A DNA stretch of 57,670 nucleotides from an uncultured Methanosarcinales archaeon (GTDB taxonomy: Archaea > Nanobdellota > Nanobdellia > Woesearchaeales > DSVV01). Numbering within the stretch: the first letter of the stretch is position 1; each line of letters begins with the position of its first letter. The notes beneath the pieces were generated by a model. The model was not told the origin of the DNA and made no database searches. It saw nothing but the letters and a program-made list of their open reading frames with translations. Shown piece after piece: positions 1 to 9,863 of this stretch. The translations under genes were made by a program, and so were the position numbers. The stretch lies in contig CAYXZQ010000005.1 in the NCBI GenBank assembly GCA_964469935.1, forward strand, positions 1 to 57,670. Direction: 5' to 3'.

Positions 1-259
1 CTTGAATCTGCTGCACGATGTGCTTCTCAGCGCCTTTCTTCAGCTTCTCGAGCTCTCCCTCAAGTTCGGACAATTTCCCCTTGTGTCCCTTATCCTCATG
101 CGCAGCATGCTTCTTTATTTCGAACAGTCTGCCGAAGAATCCCTTCTTCTTTGATTTTCTCTCAAGAAACTTCCTGTCAAGCTCGCTAAGCCCTTCTGCC
201 TTCTTCTTTTTCTTCTTCGCGTACTCTGCAAATCTCCTGTCTAGGTCTTTTCTTGGCAT
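1..259 (-). CDS. Partial CDS running off the window start; highly charged, Lys-rich N-terminus; possibly the second T2SS-F/TadB-like membrane protein of the pilus locus
   Basis: Not in the ORF track. ATG at 259 lies just past the stop of the TadC-like gene and the frame is open to base 1 (MPRKDLDRRFAEYAKKKKKKAEGLSELDRKFL...). Product inferred from position only. Confidence 0.6.
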   Translation of the reverse strand, partial: MPRKDLDRRFAEYAKKKKKKAEGLSELDRKFLERKSKKKGFFGRLFEIKKHAAHEDKGHKGKLSELEGELEKLKKGAEKHIVQQIQ

Positions 260-260
260 T

Positions 261-1076
261 TTATAGCTCGACTGCGGGCCTTGCTTGCTTGATCAGAGCA
301 TAGAACATGAACTGCATGAACCCGAGCAGGCCTGCGACTACAAGAAGCTCGGCAAGACCCAGGGTGAACCCGATGAAGCTCGAGAAAATTATGAGCATTG
401 TCGAGCCCAGGGAGGGAAGTATCACTGCTATGAGCATGTAGAACATCGCGAGAGGGTTGAGCTTTCTCCCGTATTCCTTGACAGCGATCTTCTGCTCGTC
501 GACTATCTGCTCGAGCACTGAATTGAGAGCGCCCGAGACGTCTGCCCCCGTCTTTATGGAGTTGAGGATCTGCCAGAGAATCTTCCTGAGGTTTCCGCTC
601 GGCACGAGCTCGATTGTCTCGTTTATCGCGTCCTCCATGGAAGTGCCCATGTTTATCTGGTCTGTTATGGATTTGAAATACGAGCCGAGCACAGGGTAGA
701 CGTTCGATACGTTGATGAAGGCGTTGTATACGGGGACCCCAGACTCAATCTCGATGATGAGGAACCTCGTCCCGAAGGCTATCTCCCTGCTGATGCCTAC
801 CTCCTTCTTCCTTATCTTCACGTCAGGCACCTGTATGAGATAGCGGAATACGATGAGGAAGAAGACAGGGAATATGTAGAGCGCTATCACGATCGGCTGG
901 CCGAACGAATTCAGCAACCCCCCGATGAAAAGGACGCAGATGCCGAAGCTCAGCATGAAGGACGAGATGATGGATTTCCTTATGAACTCCTCGGGGCTGT
1001 CGATTATGTCTGCCTGGAGCAGCTTGTGCTTGAGGCTTGGTATCCAGTTCTGGATCTGCTTGAATACGAAGTTGAT
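261..1076 (-). CDS. Type II secretion system F-family (TadC/FlaJ-like) pilus platform membrane protein
   Basis: T2SS-F-like core (IESGVPVYNAF...G.SMEDAI...LWQILNSIKTGADVS.AL), hydrophobic segments, directly downstream of the pilus ATPase. The frame is open upstream of the ATG at 956; likely start is ATC at 1076. Confidence 0.85.
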   Translation of the reverse strand: MNFVFKQIQNWIPSLKHKLLQADIIDSPEEFIRKSIISSFMLSFGICVLFIGGLLNSFGQPIVIALYIFPVFFLIVFRYLIQVPDVKIRKKEVGISREIAFGTRFLIIEIESGVPVYNAFINVSNVYPVLGSYFKSITDQINMGTSMEDAINETIELVPSGNLRKILWQILNSIKTGADVSGALNSVLEQIVDEQKIAVKEYGRKLNPLAMFYMLIAVILPSLGSTMLIIFSSFIGFTLGLAELLVVAGLLGFMQFMFYALIKQARPAVEL

Positions 1077-1080
1077 TTTT

Positions 1081-2793
1081 TCACCCCAGTTTTTTATTGG
1101 ACCTGACGTGCTTCATCAGGTTGTCGAAATTGGTGTAGTACTCTGCCATGACCCTCCCTACGGAATCCACCGAGTCGATGCCGTTTCTCACCATGTATTT
1201 GAGTATCATCTCCTTGGTCCTCAGTATCCTTCCAAGCTCTGCCTGGGAATGCCCTGTGTAGAGCTGCAGGGTCTGCATCAGCACCTTTGACCTGCTGACT
1301 GGCCGGAGACTGTCCTTTTTTGCGTCGTACTGCATGAGCATGTTGAATCCGGCATCCCTTGTTATCTCGGCCAGCTGGAAGGTCCTTCTCGTCCCGGTTC
1401 TCCTGTTCCTGAACTGCACTATTATGAGAGAGATTGCCGGAAGCATGGTCTTGGGCACTGATATTGGCGGGTTTGTAAGCCTGTCGATGGCCTCTTCTGA
1501 GTTGTTCGCATGGAATGTCGCATAGCAGCTGTGGCCCGTGTGAATCGCCTCGAAAAGGGTCTCGGCCTCCCTCTTCCTCCTGACCTCGCCCACAAGTATC
1601 CTGTCAGGCCTCTGCCTGAGGCTGTTGACGAGCAGGTTCTCCATGGACACCTCGCCCTTGCCCTCCGAGTTGGGCTGCCTGGTCGACATAGGCACCCAGT
1701 GCAAAAACTTCGGGAGCCTGATCTCTCTTGTGTCCTCTATCGATATTATCCTCTGGTTGGGCGGGAAGAAGCTTGCAAGCGCATTGAGGGTCGAGGTCTT
1801 TCCCGACGCTGTCCCGCCAGCTATTATCGCTGAGAGCTCGTATTGCATCGCTAGCCATATCAGCGATGCCGCCTCAAGGCTCATGGTGTTAGTCCGAAGG
1901 AAATGCGTTATCGTGAACGGGTCCCTGGAGAATTTCCTGATAGTTATGGTATTGCCGTGGGACGATATCGGCATGAGGGTCGCGTTTACCCTGTCTCCCT
2001 CGTCCAGGTGGGCGTCGAGGAGCGGCTCGAGAACCGATATCTGCCTGCCGACCTTCCTTGCTATCATCGCGGAATAATGCTTTGTCTTGTCCTCGTCAGG
2101 CAGCATTATGTTCGTCTTGAGCCAGCCGTGCTTCTTGTGGTAGACCCAGACAGGCTCGTCAGCCTGGTTGACTGTTATCTCCTCGAGAAGGTTGTCGTGC
2201 ATCAGGATCTCGATGCTCCCCAGGCCGAGGGATTTCTGTATGAGGTAGGTGGTTAGATAGCCCTTGCTCTGGTCGTCGATGTCAGGGAAATACTTCTCTA
2301 TGAGTATGGATATCGTCTCCTTGAACTTGTCCTCGACGACCCCTGTCTGCTTGAGGTTGGTTATGTCCACCATGCCAAGGCTGACCTCTCTGATGAGCTT
2401 CTTCCTTATCTGCTCGAGGATCATCTGGGTGGTGCTGCTGATGCTCGCGATGGAGACGTCGTAAATCGGGATGTATTCGTCTGACTTGTTGAATATCCTT
2501 ATCTGGATGGGCATGTTGTCGGAATCGAAGGTGTATTGTTCTATGAGCTTCTGCGTCACCTTCTTCTCTGTGCCAGTGGATTTTTTGGCAGCTGCCTTAT
2601 TCACGGCTGCCTTTTTTCTCGAGGCAGCCTTCCCGGCCTTTCTGGAAGCGCTTTTCCCTGCAGCCGGCCGGCTCTTCTTCTTTGCTGTTCTCTTTTTTGC
2701 TGCAGGCTTCTTCTTTTTTGAGGCCTTTTTCACAGGTCCGGCCCTTGCATTCCTCTTCCTAGAAACAGCTTTTTTCACCCTCTTTTTTTTCAT
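1081..2793 (-). CDS. Type IV pilus/T2SS assembly ATPase (CpaF/TadA/VirB11 family) with Lys/Ala-rich N-terminal extension
   Basis: Walker A GGTASGKT, Asp box SIEDTRE, LRQRPDRILVGEVR, His box TGHSCYATFHA. Confidence 0.95.
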   Translation of the reverse strand: MKKKRVKKAVSRKRNARAGPVKKASKKKKPAAKKRTAKKKSRPAAGKSASRKAGKAASRKKAAVNKAAAKKSTGTEKKVTQKLIEQYTFDSDNMPIQIRIFNKSDEYIPIYDVSIASISSTTQMILEQIRKKLIREVSLGMVDITNLKQTGVVEDKFKETISILIEKYFPDIDDQSKGYLTTYLIQKSLGLGSIEILMHDNLLEEITVNQADEPVWVYHKKHGWLKTNIMLPDEDKTKHYSAMIARKVGRQISVLEPLLDAHLDEGDRVNATLMPISSHGNTITIRKFSRDPFTITHFLRTNTMSLEAASLIWLAMQYELSAIIAGGTASGKTSTLNALASFFPPNQRIISIEDTREIRLPKFLHWVPMSTRQPNSEGKGEVSMENLLVNSLRQRPDRILVGEVRRKREAETLFEAIHTGHSCYATFHANNSEEAIDRLTNPPISVPKTMLPAISLIIVQFRNRRTGTRRTFQLAEITRDAGFNMLMQYDAKKDSLRPVSRSKVLMQTLQLYTGHSQAELGRILRTKEMILKYMVRNGIDSVDSVGRVMAEYYTNFDNLMKHVRSNKKLG

Positions 2794-2824
2794 CCATCCA
2801 CCCTTTTTTCAAGTCTCAAAAAAG

Positions 2825-3985
2825 TCAAAAGCTCTTCTTGATTGCCCTCACGAGCTTTGAGAGCTCCTTCTTGAGGTTGTCCCTCTTGCCCTCGATCTCG
2901 CTGAATTTCTTGTTAAGCTCGGTCATGTATTTCTTGACATTCGATTTCTTGGAGGCCAGGTCGAATGCCTGGGCCTTCTTGATGAGACCCACCATCTCCT
3001 CGCTCAGGAGGTCCTTCTGCCTGTCTACCTTCTCAAGCATGCTCTCGATCTCCGATTTCTGCTTCAGGAAGGTCTTGAACTTGCCGGCAGCCTTCGTGCT
3101 GTTGTCCATGTGCTCCCTGATCCTCTTCCTTCCCTGCATGACTTTCGTGAGGACCTCCTCCTGAAGGGAGACTATCTTCTCTTCCTGCTTTTTGCTCTCC
3201 TCGATAAGGGGCTTGAGCTTCTCGTTCTCCGCCCTTATCCTGTCTTTGAGCTTCTCGGCAACCTTCTCGAAATATTCGATATGGCCTTCAGTCACCTCGA
3301 CCTTCTTCTCTTCCTGGTCGATGATGCCACGGAGCCTCTCTATCTCGCCCTCGAACTTCTTGATGCCGCTGTTCAGCTTCTTCTCCTGGTTTCTGAGCGA
3401 GAACATCTCGGACCTCTCCTCCTGGAGCTTCACCTTCTCGACCTCGATGTCGTCGATGAGCTCCTTGTACTTGCTCCTCTCCCTGAAGAGCTCTTTTTCC
3501 ATATCCTGTATATTGTTCCGGAAGTCCTTCTGCTGGTCGTACATCTGCTTGTCGATGCCCTTCTTGAGCCTCTCGTAGTTCTCAAGCTCCTTGAGCTCGC
3601 CCTTGACATTGCCAAGGTCCTCGCCGATGTCCTTCTTGAGCTTCTCGAACTGCTCCTTGAGCTCGTCCAGGCCGCCCGTGTCCCTCTCGATGCCCTGCAG
3701 GGTAGTCTCCACCTTCCTGACAAAGGCGTCCTTCGAGCCGTGGAACTCCTTTGCCTTCTTGACGACCTCCTTCTTGGAGAGCTTCCTCTCTACAAGGTAG
3801 GTAGTCGCAAGCTTGTACTCGATGCTGATAATCCCCTCTTCCTCGAGGAAATCCGCCCATTCGTCGATGACAGAATTCGAAACGCCGAGCGATTTTGCAG
3901 CCTCGCCGGTGGATACCTTCTTCCTGTTCTCGACAAGCTTGACCAGCTTGTCGACCCCTGTTTCGATGAAGCTTTCCCCTGGCAT
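2825..3985 (-). CDS. Long coiled-coil protein with an N-terminal winged-HTH-like segment
   Basis: N-terminal VSTGEAAKSLGVSNSVIDEWADFLEEEGII is HTH-like; the remainder is E/K-rich heptads. Confidence 0.7.
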   Translation of the reverse strand: MPGESFIETGVDKLVKLVENRKKVSTGEAAKSLGVSNSVIDEWADFLEEEGIISIEYKLATTYLVERKLSKKEVVKKAKEFHGSKDAFVRKVETTLQGIERDTGGLDELKEQFEKLKKDIGEDLGNVKGELKELENYERLKKGIDKQMYDQQKDFRNNIQDMEKELFRERSKYKELIDDIEVEKVKLQEERSEMFSLRNQEKKLNSGIKKFEGEIERLRGIIDQEEKKVEVTEGHIEYFEKVAEKLKDRIRAENEKLKPLIEESKKQEEKIVSLQEEVLTKVMQGRKRIREHMDNSTKAAGKFKTFLKQKSEIESMLEKVDRQKDLLSEEMVGLIKKAQAFDLASKKSNVKKYMTELNKKFSEIEGKRDNLKKELSKLVRAIKKSF

Positions 3986-4092
3986 CAGTACTACCTAAAA
4001 TTTACAATTATATATAACTTTCTATTGAATGCCTATATAAACAGCCCATCCGAAGCGGGCTTGCAGGCTCTTTTTTCAATGTGTAATTTGGC

Positions 4093-5028
4093 TCATATCA
4101 GCTGGCTCACCCCGTACCTTGCGAGGTGCCCTGACTCGTTGTCGAGCCTGAGCCAGTTGTAGGTGTTGTTTATCAGGTAGCTGGGAGGCGACGAGTTTGA
4201 GAAGTAGATGTAGTCGATGCATGACTTCTCGACAGTGCTTATCTTGCTGTCCTCGAGGTCCTTGAGATTGACGATGCTCTCGATGCCGAAGCTGGAGTTC
4301 GAAAGGTTGCCGGACAGCCGCATGATGTAGCTCGGGCCGCTTGTGGAGGCTATGTAGAGCTTGTTGTCGACATGGTAGAGGAGTCCGGAGGTGTCTGATC
4401 CGACTGTGAAGTTCGTCACATTGCTCTTCTGGATGGTGTAGATGACCCTTCCGTAGGTGTTCACTGTGTAGAGCGGGTCCTCGAACGTCGTGATGTTGAG
4501 AGATTCGGTTATTATCTCGTTGCGCTTCCAGCGGGCCGTGTTCCTTGAATCGCGTATGTCAAGGGTTACGTTGAGGTCGGCTGAGACGACCCATGGGTTC
4601 TTCTGGTAGAGCCTGACTTTGTTTATGGTGTAATTGAACTTAATTGCCGCCTTTCCTGCCTCTTCCTGTATCTTCGCTATCCAGACCTTGAGCTCTGTCC
4701 CGTTCATAACGCTGACATACTGTGAATCCAGGGTCCCGTTTACCAGGAGCTCCTCGAAGGTCACCTGGGTGTCGTTGAGGAAGCTGCCTTCGGCCGTTAT
4801 GTGCTGCTGCATTGCGAGCATCGCCCTGAACATGGCTATGTAGGTGCCCCTCTGTATGTCCTTCTCAAGGTCTGATATGAAGAAATCCACTGACCTGACC
4901 CTGTCGCCGGTCACCATCGACTGCTCCCTCATCGTGTTGCTCTGGCCGATGCTCATCGCGAAGAAGATGAGGCTGAGAAAGGCTATCGCTATGAGGGTGA
5001 ACACCACCCCCCTCTTGCCTATTGCCAT
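4093..5028 (-). CDS. Class III signal peptide (pilin-like) protein of the pilus locus
   Basis: MAIGKRG|VVFTLIAIAFL prepilin-type N-terminus; many N-X-S/T sequons; overlaps the upstream gene. Confidence 0.8.
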   Translation of the reverse strand: MAIGKRGVVFTLIAIAFLSLIFFAMSIGQSNTMREQSMVTGDRVRSVDFFISDLEKDIQRGTYIAMFRAMLAMQQHITAEGSFLNDTQVTFEELLVNGTLDSQYVSVMNGTELKVWIAKIQEEAGKAAIKFNYTINKVRLYQKNPWVVSADLNVTLDIRDSRNTARWKRNEIITESLNITTFEDPLYTVNTYGRVIYTIQKSNVTNFTVGSDTSGLLYHVDNKLYIASTSGPSYIMRLSGNLSNSSFGIESIVNLKDLEDSKISTVEKSCIDYIYFSNSSPPSYLINNTYNWLRLDNESGHLARYGVSQLI

Positions 5029-8000
5029 ACTCTCACCTCGGCGATTGTCGGTCCCCAGAGGTATGGCACATCGTGCACGACCCAGGAGTTCACGATGAAG
5101 TTGCTGCTCCCGAAGTTGATGAAGATCCTGCCATCGTTGTTGTAGTCCACGTGGACGAGGAAGTTGTACATCGCCCAGTCATAGGAGTCGTCGTTGTCGA
5201 AGCCCGAGGTGTCATGGCTCGTGTTCGTGTAGGTACACTGGCGCGGTCCTGTGTAATCGGTAGGGACTGAAAGGGTGAAATTGTATCCCAGCTCGTGCTC
5301 GATTGTCCAGTTGCATCCTGTGGCGTTTGCGTGGACCGAGCTGTAGGGGTCTGTGAAATTTATCATGTTGATGAGGCCGGTGTAAAGCAGCGTTGTGTTG
5401 ACAGAACAGTTTGTCGAGTTGAAGGCATTGTCCCCAGTCCCGACGGTGATCGTGTTGGTCTCGCCCTGCTCGAAATAGGGTCCGGGTATGGGTATGGGGA
5501 AGGGATCCCCGAGGTTGGCGTAGTTCGTATTGAAGTGCGAAAGATTGTAGGCGACATGGGTGCCCATGCTGTTGGTCACTGCGACATAGTCTGTCCAGTG
5601 CTCGCCCGAATAAGGGAGAAGGTATGCCTCAAACGGCCTTATCTGTGAAGGTATCTGCAGGTCATACGAGCATCCTCCGAAATCAGGCGACTCGAAGAAG
5701 ATCGGGACCTCGCCGTGGATAATGGGCGGAATTATCGGGGTGTAGTTCAGTGCGATATAGGAATCGTGGTAGAGGTACGATTTCTCGAACGCGCCGCGGA
5801 ATGAGATTATCTGGGATTTCTTGAGGGAGAAGATCAGGCGAAGCTCGTTTGCGATGTTGCCGTATATCTCTGCGAGCCCCTCCGGGTCGTCGCTTGTGAA
5901 GAAATGCGGGCTGGCTGGCGTGTAATCAGGGTCGCATAGCGCCGTGAGGTTGAGGGCAAGGTCCCCTCCGCTTCCTATATTCCCGAAGCCGACCGTGTAG
6001 AGCGACACGCCGTAATTCGAGTTGAAATAGCATGACATGTTGATGAGCTGCTCAGTCGCCCGCTTCTCGATGCTGCTTAGGTCGGAGGACGCCTGGACCT
6101 CCGGTATCTGCGGGCATTCGTTGTCGATTGCACCGTCCGCTCCAGGACAGCATGCCCTTCCGCAGTCGTCGCAGTTGCCGTCATTGAATGTCCCGAACTT
6201 GCCCACGCAGGCATTGGAGATCCCGTCGCTCATGATGACGAGGGCCTTCTGCCTGTTGGTGATGTTAGATGTGAGCTGGACATTCAGCCTGCCCGTGCCG
6301 TCAGAATTCTTGAGCTTGATGGCGAGGACGTTATTGCCCCTGACGAAGTCCGCCGGGGTGACCGTTATGTTTCTGCCGGACTGTGCCCCTGTGTAAGAAT
6401 CCAGGAGATTGTTGTTGAGGTAGATGTCTGCCCCGCTGTCAGATGTTATGCTCATCGCCATGGGTTCATGGAGGTCGTAGAGGCTGTTTACGAAGAAGCT
6501 GTTCCTGTAGAAGGTGTTTTTGCTGTCCCTGGTGAATGCCAGCTGGATGTTGTCGAATGAGATTGAGCCGAATTTCGAGGACGAGTCCCTCAGGAGCTTC
6601 CCGCCCAATGCGATGTAGTAGAAACCCGGGCCCTCGTCCAGGTAGGGCTTGATGTCCTCTGCGAACAGCCCTTCGCCTTCTGTGTCAGGGTCATCCGTCG
6701 TCCATATCTCAGGGGTCGTGTCGCCTCCTTCGGACGACATCTCGCTCCCGAGCCAGTGCACCGCTGTCGACGGCTTCTCAAGGTATCCTTTTATCCATAC
6801 CTGGTCCCCTGTGTCGAAGATGCTGCTTGAGCCGTCGTCCCTCGGGTCCCATCGGTAGTTGAATGAGAGCCAAGCGCTGCCTCCAGGCGAATTCATCGCG
6901 TTGATCATCGCCTGCGTGATGTTCACCTGGATGCCGTAGCTCCCCGAGGCGTCGCTTGAGGTCCTGTCAGCGACCATCTCCAGGTCTCCTGAGCTTGTCG
7001 GGTAGAAGTCCATGTTTCCTGAAAATCCGTAGACGCCCTCCTGCCAGTCCCATCCGTCATCGCCGTTGTTTGTCCAGTTGATTATGACCGTGATGTTGTC
7101 GAATGCCACAAGGGTCTGGCCGGGCCCCCAGACATCCGCACCGCATTCGAGGACATAGCCGAATGTCCTTGAAGTGACGTACGGGGTCATGTCGACCGTC
7201 ACCGGGGTAGGGCCGTCCGGCGGAAGGCTTCCGGCTGTCCATGTCTCGTTCCAGAGTGTCGTCTCGCCCCCGGGATATGTCAGGTTGCAGAAGGCTTTCG
7301 CTGTCCCGTCGAAGTGGCTTGAGTTGATGCTGTGGACAAGGCTTAGCGTCACTTTGTTTGGGGAATCCGACGGCGACTGGAATGTCTGGCTGAGATAGCC
7401 CGTGCTTCCCCTGCCTGAGTCGACGAACCAGTAATGGTGCAGCCCGAATATGTCGGTTGTCGCCGACTTGGAGACCACTGATACGTCGTCCAGGTTCCAT
7501 CCGCTGTATTCCCAGCTTCCATCTGTCTGGGTCCCGAACCTTATCCTGAGGTTCGGATTGCCGTCGGCGTATGCTGAGATGTCAGTCTCCTGCAGGCTCC
7601 AGCTGTCGTCCGTCATCTCTGAAGGGTTTGTCCACACCGTATGCCAGCTCCCGCCTGAGTCAGTAACCCATATCCTTGCCTGGTCATATGAAGGGGCTTC
7701 GACATTTAGCCACCTGTAGTAGCGGAGCACGGTGTCTGTGCATGAAGTGCAGTCTATTGTCGGCGATGTCAGCCTGCTGTTGGCATAGTTCTGGTAGTCG
7801 CCGTTCCAAAAAGGGGATGTGCAGTCCTCGCCCCATATCCTCGAGCCTGAATGGGCAAAGTCCGGGTCCGGATTGCCGTGGGATCCGCCCCCCCTTCCGA
7901 CGGGTGTCCCGTACTGCCATTGCTCCCTTGTCCCGCCCGCGCTCCAGCCCAGGTTGGTCTCGAAATCGTCGGAGAAGACCGCGGTCGAGCCAGGGTCTGA

Positions 8001-9863
8001 AAGGTTGATTGCCCCCTGCTCTGTCCATCCTGATGTGGAAGGGCCGTCGAAATACGAGTTGTTCAGCAGGTTCTCTGTCACGTCCGCAGTTATGAAGCCG
8101 AAGGTGTTCTTGATGGAGTATATGCCTGAGGTGAAATCCACAGGAGCCGGGGCATCGTTCGGCTCGTCCCACAGGTCGGCCTGAATCACGTTTCCCGTGT
8201 AGTAGTCGCTCGGCTGGCCGAAACCGAAATTCTGGAGCCCGTCCGACCAGTTCGCATCGTCGTATCCGTTCGCTGTCCACCCCGGCGGGTCGACTACCTG
8301 ATAGTCGTCGGTGTATTTCCATGCCTTGCTGAGCATGTCCACAGGGCTTCCTGTGAGAAGGATGTTCGACGCCTGGAGGACTCCGCACGAGGTGCAGGTA
8401 CCGCCGTTCGCATAGTAGCGGTCTATCTCGTCAGTGAGGCTTGTCAGGTTGGTCCCGAGGTCCAGCATGTTCCTGATAGAGGTGTAATAGGTCGTAAGCC
8501 CGACCCTGTTGCCAGTTATGTTGTAGAGGATGTCGTGCGCGAAGGTCTTGAGGATGCATTTGGCGACAGAGAGCTTCTCCGAGTCGGGGTCGTTAAGCGC
8601 AAGGTCCTTGCAGAACCTCTCTGTCCCGGTCGTGTCCGAGTCGAATTTCCAGTCCATGCTCCCCGAGACGTCTGTTATGGCCACCACGTCGCCGTTGCCC
8701 TTGTCAGTGATGATTGACTGGTAGCTGAGGTTCTCGAACCCGACTCTCAGGGGCACTGTCTGGTTGCTTAGCCTAGTGTAGTTCAGGATGGCTGAGAGTA
8801 CGCTGTTGTTTATATGCACCCTCATCGACGTGTTCGAGAAGTTGTCCCTGTAGACCGTTGTGTTGCCGATGGTCAGGTAGAACGTGTTGTTGCTGGTGTT
8901 TGAATGGTTAGCCAGGTAATGCAGGTATATGTCCATGTTGTTAAGGGTGCCTGGCACGTTGAAACCATCATACAGGTTGACGATGCCGTCAATCCCGGGG
9001 AAATAATAGGTGCCGGAGCTCATGTTCTTCTGGTAGATGTTCTTTGTGAGGTAGGTTATCTTGATGAAGCCGCCGCCGATGTATGACCTGTTCAGGAGGC
9101 CGCTGAACCTGAAAGAGAAATTGTTCTCGCCTCCTTTTGCGATAGAGGCGTTGCAGAAGTTGATGTTCCATGCCTCTGAAGTCAGGTTGCCCGGCGGCAC
9201 CGTGAAGTTGTTGCAGAATATCCCGTTGATGTAGAGCGAGAAATCATCTGCAGAATCAAGCTCAAGGTACATCTCCGTGATGTTGGCGTCCGACGGTATG
9301 CTGCTAATCGTTGTTGATACGTTTCCCTGCCCCACGAAACCTCCGAGGTAGGCATACCTGGTCGTCAGCGTGCTCGACAGCTGGTTGAGGTATATCCTGA
9401 CTGCCGTGCCCTTGATGGGCCTGGCTTTCTCTATGCCTGTTATCATGTTCTTGAATGTCACGAGCTCGTCGCTCTTGCCCTTCGGTTGGCTGTACACCAC
9501 GTCATTGCCGACCATGAAGGAGTATCCGAACCTGCCGGGGATGAGCTGGGCAGAGATGTTCTGGGCGAGCTTCCTTGCAAGATCTGTCCTGTTGGTCACC
9601 CAGAATATTCCAATCTGCTCGAGAATCGTGTTGTCCATGTCAGTGATGTTTCCGTCGGCGATGAGCTCCTGGAGATATGAGTTGTTGAGCTCGTCAACCT
9701 TCAGGTTTGAGAAAAGCGATATCGTGTCCTGGGAATAGTAGTTCAGCTGGGTCCTCGGCTGGGTGCTGACATAGAGGTTCGACAGCAGGAGAAAGCCGGT
9801 GACCAGTATGAAGAGCGCAAGGAGCGCATCGATGGTGAAGAAATAACCTTTTTTCATTGCCAT
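5019..9863 (-). CDS. Large pilus-associated adhesin: class III signal peptide, vWA domain and inserted beta-sandwich domains
   Basis: MKKG|YFFTIDALLAL; MIDAS elements DVSGSM, GGT and MSDG; Trp/Asp/Gly-rich jelly-roll-like segments. Confidence 0.85.
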   Translation of the reverse strand: MAMKKGYFFTIDALLALFILVTGFLLLSNLYVSTQPRTQLNYYSQDTISLFSNLKVDELNNSYLQELIADGNITDMDNTILEQIGIFWVTNRTDLARKLAQNISAQLIPGRFGYSFMVGNDVVYSQPKGKSDELVTFKNMITGIEKARPIKGTAVRIYLNQLSSTLTTRYAYLGGFVGQGNVSTTISSIPSDANITEMYLELDSADDFSLYINGIFCNNFTVPPGNLTSEAWNINFCNASIAKGGENNFSFRFSGLLNRSYIGGGFIKITYLTKNIYQKNMSSGTYYFPGIDGIVNLYDGFNVPGTLNNMDIYLHYLANHSNTSNNTFYLTIGNTTVYRDNFSNTSMRVHINNSVLSAILNYTRLSNQTVPLRVGFENLSYQSIITDKGNGDVVAITDVSGSMDWKFDSDTTGTERFCKDLALNDPDSEKLSVAKCILKTFAHDILYNITGNRVGLTTYYTSIRNMLDLGTNLTSLTDEIDRYYANGGTCTSCGVLQASNILLTGSPVDMLSKAWKYTDDYQVVDPPGWTANGYDDANWSDGLQNFGFGQPSDYYTGNVIQADLWDEPNDAPAPVDFTSGIYSIKNTFGFITADVTENLLNNSYFDGPSTSGWTEQGAINLSDPGSTAVFSDDFETNLGWSAGGTREQWQYGTPVGRGGGSHGNPDPDFAHSGSRIWGEDCTSPFWNGDYQNYANSRLTSPTIDCTSCTDTVLRYYRWLNVEAPSYDQARIWVTDSGGSWHTVWTNPSEMTDDSWSLQETDISAYADGNPNLRIRFGTQTDGSWEYSGWNLDDVSVVSKSATTDIFGLHHYWFVDSGRGSTGYLSQTFQSPSDSPNKVTLSLVHSINSSHFDGTAKAFCNLTYPGGETTLWNETWTAGSLPPDGPTPVTVDMTPYVTSRTFGYVLECGADVWGPGQTLVAFDNITVIINWTNNGDDGWDWQEGVYGFSGNMDFYPTSSGDLEMVADRTSSDASGSYGIQVNITQAMINAMNSPGGSAWLSFNYRWDPRDDGSSSIFDTGDQVWIKGYLEKPSTAVHWLGSEMSSEGGDTTPEIWTTDDPDTEGEGLFAEDIKPYLDEGPGFYYIALGGKLLRDSSSKFGSISFDNIQLAFTRDSKNTFYRNSFFVNSLYDLHEPMAMSITSDSGADIYLNNNLLDSYTGAQSGRNITVTPADFVRGNNVLAIKLKNSDGTGRLNVQLTSNITNRQKALVIMSDGISNACVGKFGTFNDGNCDDCGRACCPGADGAIDNECPQIPEVQASSDLSSIEKRATEQLINMSCYFNSNYGVSLYTVGFGNIGSGGDLALNLTALCDPDYTPASPHFFTSDDPEGLAEIYGNIANELRLIFSLKKSQIISFRGAFEKSYLYHDSYIALNYTPIIPPIIHGEVPIFFESPDFGGCSYDLQIPSQIRPFEAYLLPYSGEHWTDYVAVTNSMGTHVAYNLSHFNTNYANLGDPFPIPIPGPYFEQGETNTITVGTGDNAFNSTNCSVNTTLLYTGLINMINFTDPYSSVHANATGCNWTIEHELGYNFTLSVPTDYTGPRQCTYTNTSHDTSGFDNDDSYDWAMYNFLVHVDYNNDGRIFINFGSSNFIVNSWVVHDVPYLWGPTIAEVRVWQ

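Noticed and set aside
261-2793. Archaellum (ArlI/ArlJ) or conjugative T4SS
   Set aside because: No archaellin, ArlH, VirB4 or relaxase; the context is pilins plus a vWA adhesin.
3110-4162. 350-aa Leu-rich plus-strand ORF, and many similar antisense ORFs in the track
   Set aside because: Antisense shadows of real genes, produced by codon bias.
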